From: Malassezia furfur
Taxonomy: Eukaryota
Length of the DNA stretch: 33,075 bases
Assembly (NCBI GenBank): GCA_052055015.1
Contig: JBQJIT010000003.1
Strand: one strand, 5' to 3'
Shown here piece after piece: positions 21,324-29,605 of this stretch. The translations under genes and the position numbers were made by a program. The notes beneath the pieces were generated by a model, which was not told the origin of the DNA, ran no database searches, and saw nothing but the letters and a program-made list of their open reading frames with translations. The stretch's first letter is position 1, and each line of letters begins with the position of its first letter.

Positions 21324-22025
21324 ATGTCCAATCCGTGGCGCGATACCAAGGGATTCTCATTCCACTCAATATGTATCCAGGTAAAGGACATTGAAGAGAG
21401 TGTCATGTTCTATCAGGAGGTGTTCGGTACGTTTGCGCGCCCTGACTCAGGAATGGACATGGTGCGCGAAATGAGCGTTGGGTAGGTTGTTGGGGCGCTT
21501 ACGCAGCGATATCAGCAAAGTCTGGCTGCGGTTCCCTGCCAACAAGGATTCGCCGCTGTTTGGTCATGCACATTCGCTCATTGAACTTGTGCAGCGCAAG
21601 TGCGTCGTGACAAGCTCACGCAGGGGCACCGACACCGATGCCAACTTTCAGACGCGCGCGACGGGCGGTGTACGTTTCGCATGGCTAACGTACGCAGGGT
21701 TTCCACCACTTGTGCTTCAGTGTGCCTGACATCTTCAAAGCCAAGCGTCGCTTCGAGTCGCTTGGCGTAGAGACGGTCGATATCGGCTCGGCCAAAAAGT
21801 GCGCGCGCGATGCTGACGTGCAGCGACATCATCGTCATCCACGACCCCGATCATTACCCCATCCAACTCATTAGCCAGGACTTTGATATTCACGAGGAAC
21901 TCGAAAAGGCATGCCGCCAAGTTGTGATGGAGGGTGCCGAGCAGGCCATTCAGGACCTCCGCTTGGACAACAACCCTATCACGCTTGAGGAGGCAGGCAT
22001 CAAAGTCGCATCTCAGGCTCAATAG
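21324..22025 (+). CDS. Glyoxalase I-like VOC-fold protein, 191 aa. Exons 21324-21426, 21451-21481, 21507-21599, 21624-21669, 21698-21798, 21824-22025
   Basis: Five GT-AG introns of 24, 25, 24, 28 and 25 nt give one 576-nt frame: FHSICIQVKDIEESVMFYQEVFGM...LIELVQRKGTDTD...GFHHLCFSVPDI...FESLGV...IHDPDHYPIQLI. Confidence 0.8.
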
Positions 22026-22191
22026 AATCTTTGTACAACACCACCGCAGTCTGCATATTACATCGCATTTCCGAACACAAACCGGTCCAGCCTAAGTGCC
22101 TGCCACCACTATATCACAAGAACGAAGAAAAAGGAAAAAAAAGGGCAAACGAGCGAAGCGCCAAGACGGCATCACAGGCACCTCGGCGCGG

Positions 22192-23814
22192 CTACTCTGC
22201 CTGTCCGTCGCGCGATTCCTTGCCCAGGGACATGTGCGGCGGCGCGGGGCGTATCGGCTGGTTTACAGGCACAGGGGGTCGAGGAGGCGCTGGTGGCGTC
22301 GCTTGTGGCGGCGGCGGCATGCTCGACCCCAGCAGCGCCGAGAGTCCCTCGGGCCGCGCGGTGATGAGCCGCTTGAGCCACTCGTTCTCGGTGCGCAGGC
22401 GTTCATTAATTTGTTTCAGCTCGCCCACCTGCGCCTCGAGCTCGCGTGCGGTCATCTCGAGCGCGGCCTCGCGCTGCTTCTTCTTGACGCGGAAACGCGC
22501 ACTGGCCGCGGTATTGCGCCGCCGCTTGTCCTCCTCGATGGCCAAACGGTTCGCCTCGGCGTCCGCCTCGGGGTTGCCCGTGTTGACGAGCTTGAGCCGC
22601 TCCGTTGCATTGGTCCCACGCCCGTTCCGCCGGTCTTCCTTGTTTGCGTCGTTGTTTGCGTCGTGTGGCTCGTCTTCGGACTCGGCCGCCCGCTCCGCTT
22701 TGCCCGAGCCGCTGCGCCCGTGCGACGACGAGGAGCTGCGCTTGCTGCCGGCCACTTGCTTGCGTGTATCGCCAGGAGGACTGAACGTAAACTCACTCGA
22801 CGGCGGCGTGGGTTGCGAGGGCCGCGTGAGCCGGCTGCTCTCGCCGAGCGACAGCGAGGAACTGCTCGACTGTGCGCTACTGCCCGGCAACGGCGACGGG
22901 GCGCGCAGCAGTTGGTAGGGATCCACGGGCGGCGCGGGCGCATGCGGCGTACTGTATCCGCTGCTGGGCTGGGCCCGTGCACTCGTTGGGACCGGCGCAT
23001 TCCATGTCGAAGGACCCGGCACCGAGGGTGCCGGGGGCGCCGACGCTAGCGCCGCGGGACCCTGCGCCATGTGCGGGAGATTTTGAAGCACGCCAGGGTT
23101 CTTGGACAAGAGGTACTGCAGCGCGAGCGTCGAGGTCAGGTCCCACGTCGTATCCGACGCGGGCGCAGGCGCCGGTGCCGGTGCTGCAGCAGCGTCGGGC
23201 CGCTCAGCAGGCGCACTGCTCCGATCCGCCGACGTCGCACGCCAGGCGTTGGTGTCGTGTGGCCCCAGCGCCGCGTGCGGCTGTGCATGCGCAAACGCGC
23301 GCCCTGGCGAGGCAGTATGCAGTAGATCGTTGGCAAAAGGGGCGCCCGTGCCAAACGCGGCCTGCGCGGGCGTCTCGCCGGCGGGGGCGCCAGGCAGCGA
23401 GGCGCCGCTGGGCGATAAACGGTTCTCGCGATCGAGTTCGCGGTTCTTGTCGCGCGCCGCGTTGGAGTGTGCGCCAGAGGCAGCGAGGAAGCGCTGCATG
23501 CGCTTTTCGTCGTCGTCGCGGTGCGCCTGCCCGTCGTTTTTGGGCGGCTCCTTTTCCTCGTCCCCGATGAGCGCATGGCCCATCGGCCCGTCGAAATTGA
23601 AGCTCGCATTGGTCCAGAGCGAGAGCTGGTTCGCGAAGTTGGTCATCGTGTCCTCCGCATTCTCCGGGCTCGCCGATGGCAGCAGGTTCAGCCCTGCGAG
23701 CAGGGGATTCGTGTCGCCTGCCGCGGCGGCCTCCACGTTCTCGGTCCCGCTCGACTCCTGGAACTGGTTGAGGCCCAGGATGAACGAGATCGAGTTATGA
23801 TCTTCGGTGGCCAT
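22192..23814 (-). CDS. bZIP transcription factor, MetR/Cys-3/Zip1-like (sulfur regulator family)
   Basis: Basic region AIEEDKRRRNTAASARFRVKKKQREAALE followed by a leucine zipper ending LRTENEWLKRLI. Confidence 0.82.
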   Translation of the reverse strand: MATEDHNSISFILGLNQFQESSGTENVEAAAAGDTNPLLAGLNLLPSASPENAEDTMTNFANQLSLWTNASFNFDGPMGHALIGDEEKEPPKNDGQAHRDDDEKRMQRFLAASGAHSNAARDKNRELDRENRLSPSGASLPGAPAGETPAQAAFGTGAPFANDLLHTASPGRAFAHAQPHAALGPHDTNAWRATSADRSSAPAERPDAAAAPAPAPAPASDTTWDLTSTLALQYLLSKNPGVLQNLPHMAQGPAALASAPPAPSVPGPSTWNAPVPTSARAQPSSGYSTPHAPAPPVDPYQLLRAPSPLPGSSAQSSSSSLSLGESSRLTRPSQPTPPSSEFTFSPPGDTRKQVAGSKRSSSSSHGRSGSGKAERAAESEDEPHDANNDANKEDRRNGRGTNATERLKLVNTGNPEADAEANRLAIEEDKRRRNTAASARFRVKKKQREAALEMTARELEAQVGELKQINERLRTENEWLKRLITARPEGLSALLGSSMPPPPQATPPAPPRPPVPVNQPIRPAPPHMSLGKESRDGQAE

Positions 23815-24161
23815 TTTTGGTCACGCACGAGTGCACGGCACGCGATCCTTGTTGGGCGTGAAGAAGATGCAGAACGTGCACGCGCACAACGGAGCCAGGA
23901 GTCGTCTGCCACGCTGACGCGAGAAACCAACGTCGCGCACGCCACCGCACGTTCTCCCGGCCGAGAACGGCGGTGGCTCGGCACGGCCGGGGTGTTGGCG
24001 AATTATGTTGCCAGGGCCTGCGAGGGCGTGTTGGCACAGGCGCGCGCACTGCCTCCGCGGCGCCCCGGCAGCACGGTGGGCGGGCGACGCGCCGCCGTGT
24101 TTCGTCGCTGTGTCGTTACCTGCACGGGACGCCTGCGCGCGGACGTCGGTGCTTGGACAGG

Positions 24162-26987
24162 ATGTCGGTCAAGAAGGATGAGGAGGCGGGCATCGTCTCG
24201 TTCCGCCAGGACAAGACGGCCGTGATCCAGGAGGCGCGCGCCTTCCACGACTCCAACATTAGCCCGCGGAAGTGCCGGATCCTGCTCACCAAGATTCTGT
24301 ACCTCTTGTACACCGGGGAGAAATTCTCGCAGCAGGAGGCGACGGCACTCTTCTTTGGGGCGACCAAGCTCTTCCAGAACAAGGATGCGGCGCTCCGCCA
24401 GATGGTGTATCTGGTGATCAAGGAGCTCGCTCCGTACGCGGACGACGTGATTATGGTCACGGCGTCCATCATGAAGGACATGCAGCCCAACACCGAGGTC
24501 GTGTACCGTCCGAATGCGATTCGTGCGCTGACACGCGTCGTCGACCCGAGCATGGTGCAGGGCCTCGAGCGTTACCTCAAGTCGGCGATCGTCGACCGGA
24601 ATCCGTCGGTGGCTTGCGCCGCGATCGTCTCGTCGTACCACCTGTTTACCAGCGCGCGCGACGTGGTGCGCCGCTGGAGCAACGAGGTGTCTGAGGCCAT
24701 CAACATGCGCCCGGCCATCTCGACGGGCGGCAGCGGCGGCTTTGGCGGCCTGGGCCGCGGCGGGCTGACGCTGCGCTTCGGCGGCGACAGCAACGCCAGC
24801 GCCGTGGAGCCTGCGAGCGTGCCGAGCATGAGCTACATTGTGCAGTACCACGCGCTCGGTCTGCTGTACCTTGCGCGGCAGAGCGACAAAATCGCCGTCA
24901 CCAAGCTCATCCAGCAGCTGGGCGGTGGGAAAGGTGCGCAGAGCACGACGCTGCGCAATCCGTTTGCGCTGTGTATGCTTGTGCGCTACACGGCCAAGAT
25001 CGCCGAAGAAGACCCCAACATGCGCGCGCCGCTCGTCGAGCTCCTGGAGGGCTGGCTGCGCCACAAGAGCGACATGGTCAACTACGAGGCGGCTCGTGCA
25101 CTGTGCTCGCTGACCGGCGTCGCGGTCGAAGCGCAGTCGCGCGCCATTGCGGTGCTGCAAATGTTCCTCTCGTCGCCGCGCGCGACGCTCAAGTTCGCCG
25201 CCGTGCGCACGCTCGCCGAGCTGGCACAGACGCGCCCCGCCGCGGTGCAGGCATGCAACGTCGACATGGAGAACTTGATCACCGACTCGAACCGCGGCGT
25301 GGCGACGTACGCGATCGCGACGCTGCTTAAGACGGGCAACGAATCGTCGGTTGACCGCCTGATCAAACAGATCAGCGGCTTCATGTCCGAGATCAGCGAC
25401 GAGTTCAAGATCATCGTCGTGGATGCAATCCGCAGCCTGTCGCTCAAGTTCCCCATGAAGCAGTCGGCCATGCTCGGCTTCCTTGCCGGTGTGTTGCGCG
25501 ACGAGGGCGGCTACGAGTTTAAGCGTTCCGTGGTCGAGGCCATCTTCGCCATGGCCAAGTTCGTCCAGGGCAGCAAGGAGGCGGCGCTCGGCCACTTGTG
25601 CGAGTTCATCGAGGACTGCGAGTTCACCAAGCTCAACGTGCGCATCCTGCATCTGCTCGGCCTCGAGGGCCCCGAGATGCCCGAGCCGCACAAGTACATC
25701 CGCTTCATCTACAACCGCGTCATCCTCGAGAACGCCATTGTGCGCGCCGCAGCGGTCAACAGCCTGGCCAAATTTGGCGCACGCAACGCCCAGCTCACGA
25801 CGCGCATTCGCGTCCTGCTCCGGCGGTGCCTCGAGGACGTCGACGACGAGGTGCGCGACCGTGCGGCGCTCGCACTGCGCCTGCTCGAGGCCAACGCGCT
25901 CAACGAGCAGCTCGTGCAAAACACGGCGGTGCCGGACCTCGCAGCACTTGAGCAGAGCCTGGAGGCGTACATCAGCACGTCAGCGGCGTCGGGCACGCCG
26001 TTTGACTACGCCAGTGTGCCGCTCATCACGCGGGAACAGGCGGCGCAGACCGCGTACGAGGTCCGCGCGCAGACCGCCGCAGCTGCGTCGTTCGGCGTGC
26101 GCGAAGACGCCGCACCGGTGGCCGACGGCTTGACGAACGGCACCGAGACCGTTGCGGGCGCCGACCCACGCGCGGCGTATGCGCACGAGCTGCAGCAGAT
26201 CGGCGAGTTTGCGTCGTACGGCCCGCTGCTCACGTCGTCGCCTGCCCAGGCGCCCGCGCCGCTCACTGAGAGCGAGACCGAGTACGTGGTGACCGCGGTG
26301 AAGCACGTCTTCTCGAAGCACATTGTGCTGCAGTACAACATTACCAACACGCTTGCCGAGATCGTGCTTGAAGACGTCGTTATGGTCGTTGGCGGCCTCC
26401 AGGAGGCGGGTCTCGAAGAAGAGTTCATCCTGCCCGTTGCACAGCTGTCGTCCGCCTCGCCGAGCGGCACGGTGTATGTCTCGCTGAAGCGCGACGTCGC
26501 GCTGCCGTTCCCAGTCGCGACGCTGAGCAACACGCTGCGCTTTGTCTCGAAGGAGGTCGATCCCACGAGCGGCGAGCCGGAGCCGGAGGGGTACCAAGAC
26601 GAATACCAGACCGAGGAGCTCGAGCTGGGCGTGTCGGACTACATCCAGCCCACCGACGTCAACTTTGCCGCCGTCTGGGACGAGCTCGAGCCGGACGCGA
26701 GCGCCACCGAGACGTTCGCACTTACGGCGCTCGAGAGCCTGGATGCGTCGTGTGCGACGCTCGTCGAAATTCTCGGGATGCAGCCGCTTGGTGGCACCGA
26801 GACGCCCGCCAACCCGAGCGTGCACACCATGCTGCTCGCAGGCCGCGTCGCGCGCACCACCGGCATGGAGACCGTGCTGGCGCGCGTGCGCATGATGTAC
26901 CAGCCGTCGGAGGGCGTGACTATGGAACTGAACGTGCGCGCGCCGAGCGACGAAGCGTGCCAGTTTGTACTGTCGGCCATTGCGTAG
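24162..26987 (+). CDS. SEC21: Coatomer subunit gamma
   Basis: MSVKKDEE start; ISPRKCRILLTK, LFFGATKLFQ, LCEFIEDCEF, YIRFIYNRVILEN, LTESETEYVV, GYQDEY. Confidence 0.95.
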   Translation: MSVKKDEEAGIVSFRQDKTAVIQEARAFHDSNISPRKCRILLTKILYLLYTGEKFSQQEATALFFGATKLFQNKDAALRQMVYLVIKELAPYADDVIMVTASIMKDMQPNTEVVYRPNAIRALTRVVDPSMVQGLERYLKSAIVDRNPSVACAAIVSSYHLFTSARDVVRRWSNEVSEAINMRPAISTGGSGGFGGLGRGGLTLRFGGDSNASAVEPASVPSMSYIVQYHALGLLYLARQSDKIAVTKLIQQLGGGKGAQSTTLRNPFALCMLVRYTAKIAEEDPNMRAPLVELLEGWLRHKSDMVNYEAARALCSLTGVAVEAQSRAIAVLQMFLSSPRATLKFAAVRTLAELAQTRPAAVQACNVDMENLITDSNRGVATYAIATLLKTGNESSVDRLIKQISGFMSEISDEFKIIVVDAIRSLSLKFPMKQSAMLGFLAGVLRDEGGYEFKRSVVEAIFAMAKFVQGSKEAALGHLCEFIEDCEFTKLNVRILHLLGLEGPEMPEPHKYIRFIYNRVILENAIVRAAAVNSLAKFGARNAQLTTRIRVLLRRCLEDVDDEVRDRAALALRLLEANALNEQLVQNTAVPDLAALEQSLEAYISTSAASGTPFDYASVPLITREQAAQTAYEVRAQTAAAASFGVREDAAPVADGLTNGTETVAGADPRAAYAHELQQIGEFASYGPLLTSSPAQAPAPLTESETEYVVTAVKHVFSKHIVLQYNITNTLAEIVLEDVVMVVGGLQEAGLEEEFILPVAQLSSASPSGTVYVSLKRDVALPFPVATLSNTLRFVSKEVDPTSGEPEPEGYQDEYQTEELELGVSDYIQPTDVNFAAVWDELEPDASATETFALTALESLDASCATLVEILGMQPLGGTETPANPSVHTMLLAGRVARTTGMETVLARVRMMYQPSEGVTMELNVRAPSDEACQFVLSAIA

Positions 26988-27188
26988 ATGTGGTAGCCAC
27001 ACCCACGGGGAAAAAGAACCATCGGAGCAAAACGTCAAAGCGTTGGGTTTTTATGGTCTCTGTCTGCAAGCAGGGTGGCATACAAGGAACCCCGACAGAG
27101 GGTCGCACATTGCGCGTCGATGACGTAGCAACGGATATACATCTGCCTCTGGCAGCGAGCACAAGAGGAAGAGGGAGTGTGCGCAAAC

Positions 27189-27522
27189 TTAACGCAGGCG
27201 GCTAAACGGTCAGCGATGCGCAACACATACCGAGCCTCACGCTCCGACTCGAGCAGAGCAAGGATATCGTTCTCGCGGACGGGGCCCTTGACGTTGCGGA
27301 TAATGCTGCGCGAGGTGTCGTCCATGAACTCAACGCGGCACTGGATCACACCACCGCGCGAGCCGGTGCGGCCGAGGACCTTGATAACCTGGCGAGTTAG
27401 CATCATTCTCGCACAAAACGCGGCGCGGACGGTACAGCCAGCATCAGCTCGCCATACCTATCGCGCGCCCCGAGCATACGTACGCGCGCAAGCTTGACGG
27501 GGACCTTGGCAGAAGACTCCAT
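27189..27522 (-). CDS. RPS28: 40S ribosomal protein S28 (eS28), 69 aa. Exons 27522-27484, 27388-27231, 27201-27189
   Basis: Spliced [69 protein letters not shown]; introns of 95 and 29 nt. Confidence 0.95.
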
Positions 27523-27683
27523 ACTGTGTCGTCAATGGATGAGGACAAGCGCGAGGGCGGCGCGGACCTCCTAGTTTTTCGGGAAATTCTCACCCTCGCG
27601 CGTGCCCCATACAGTTCTAGGAAATGTCACGTGAGAATTGGGCCACGTGGTGCCACGCCGCCCCCGCACGGATCGCGGACGCC

Positions 27684-29152
27684 ATGGGGTCGGACGCGGC
27701 GCCGGACAGCGCGCTGCACGCACAAGCGGTGCGCTTCCTGACGACACTGCGCTCGCATGCATCCCCAGAAGATGCAGAGAAGCCACTCTCTGTCACAGAC
27801 GACCAGCGCGAGTTTCTCCGTGGCAAGGGCATGAGCGACGAGCAGATCGAGCGCGCCCGACACGACGCCGAGCGGCCGGAGAACCTGCAGCTCACGGATG
27901 CCTACATGGCGATGCAGCACCATGAGCACGACATTGACGCATTGTACGATCGTGCCAAACGCGCGTTTGACGAGCCAATTGACCGCGTGGCACCGCCGGC
28001 CCAGGCAGTGGCAGAGCCGCCGCCGGTGCCCCCCGCATCGTACCCTAGCTCCCCGCTCGCGCTCTATTCCGTTGGCCAGGCTCCCCCACGCGATGCCAAC
28101 GAAGTGCTGTCAAACTATGCGGCGACGCTGATGAAGCCGCGCTACGACGTGCTCATCAACTTCTTCCGAGTGCTGCAAAGGGTCCTGATGCTCGGCGGTA
28201 TTCTGTCCACGGCCGGTGTCATGTTGTACCGCCGCTACGTGCTGCCACGCCTCTCGGAGATGATTGATGCTCGTACCAACCTCGTCCACCTGCAGCTCGA
28301 GCAGTTTGGCAGGTTGGCCGAACTTGTGACCGGCTTGCGGGCGAACCGCGTAGGTGCGCTGCTCCCGCCACGATACGAGCCGACGTGGATCGAGGTGCCA
28401 GCCGAGGCTGCATCCGAGACCAAGGCAGAGGGCGAGAATACAGAAACCGCGCCCGCAGAGGTCCCCGATGCGGAAAAGGCGTCTGCGGCCTCCGCGGCGG
28501 CGTCGGAGACGCCATCCAACAAGGTCGACGAGTCAGCTGAGGCGCCGGAAAGCGAGGCCCTTGACGCCGAGGACGCCGATGTTGAACCGGCAGAGCCTGT
28601 CAAAAAACTGGCGCCGATCGATGTCACTGCACCGCTCCGCAACGCACTCGATACGCTGCAGCACACGCTGCGCCTTGCCGCGCGTGCCCAATGCGGCGAG
28701 CGCCGTGCGCCGCTCGCGAGCGTGTCGGACGATCTGGAAGCGGATGACGACGGGCTGATCGACCTGGGTGCGCCCGAGTCGGTGTCGTCGCACGAAAGCG
28801 AGGCAAACAGCCCAATCCCGCCTGTGGCGCCGACGCGCGCGATGCGGTCGCTGAACGGCACGATGGAGTCGTTCCGCAACGACGTCCGTGCGCGGCTGCT
28901 CGAGGAAGAGGACGCGCTGAGTGCCGTGGGCAGCCGATTTAGTGCGTTTGGCCTGGGGCAGGCGCGTGCCGCCACCACGCCGCAGCCCGCCGCCGAGATG
29001 CAGCAGATCAAGGCCGAGATTCGCAGTTTGAAAGGCTTGATGCTGAGTCGGTACGTGTTGGATGTTCTTACCCCAGCCGCAATTTCCCCTCGTACATGCA
29101 CGCCTCGCGTGTCACGCCTTCGTTTAGCTCGTATACGTCGACGAGCACATAG
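27684..29152 (+). CDS. Peroxin with Pex14-like N-terminal domain (Pex14/17, Pex33-like). Exons 27684-29050, 29077-29152
   Basis: AVRFL...REFLRGKGMSDEQIERA (Pex14_N-like), one TM, and C-terminal IKAEIRSLKGLMLSR|RNFP after removing the 26-nt intron 29051-29076. Confidence 0.7.
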
Positions 29153-29605
29153 CACCCTAGATACCCTCTCCACCCCGGCCAACCCCCCTGCCCTCTGGAC
29201 GCCGCGCCGCGCCGCTCCACCCTCGGCACGCCCGGTCCCAGCTGACTAACCATGGTTGCGAGCGTGCATGCAGGCGCGGTGCCAAGCGACCTAGTAGGTG
29301 CCCGATTAGCGTGTCCGGCACACACGAGCCACGCTGCGAGCGTGATTTGTGCAATGAATGGTTGGGAATTGTAGTTGCCGCAACGCGCGGAGGAAAATCA
29401 AAAGAGCCGCCCGCGGCCGCGCAATCCGTGCCAGGGTCCGTGTGGCTGTAAGCAGGAACCACGGTGCTCGGAAGGGGCAATTTTGCGAAACCCCTCCGTC
29501 CCCCCGGTGCCGTTTAGGAGCGTGTCTGGCTCCGCTCCCCTTGCATTCCCGAGGGCCGTTTGAGAGCGTGGTGGGTGTGTGTGCGACCTCCCGCCCAGTG
29601 TCCCC

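Noticed and set aside
10220..23814. Apparent detoxification/sulfur/iron gene cluster (SFA1, FGGY, IND1, SIT, glyoxalase-like, MetR-like)
   Set aside because: Interspersed with unrelated genes and no shared pathway can be supported from sequence; probably chance adjacency
23973..24161. N-terminal ORF-track extensions (SEC21 from 23973; also MFS from 5146, UTP11 from 4953, SFA1 from 11404)
   Set aside because: Non-ATG starts or overlap with neighbouring genes; family-typical N-termini begin at downstream ATGs
24003..25919. 638-aa minus-strand ORF (likewise 2079-3329, 10307-11470, 11296-12546, 25980-27038)
   Set aside because: Antisense shadows of SEC21, CK1, SFA1 and FGGY
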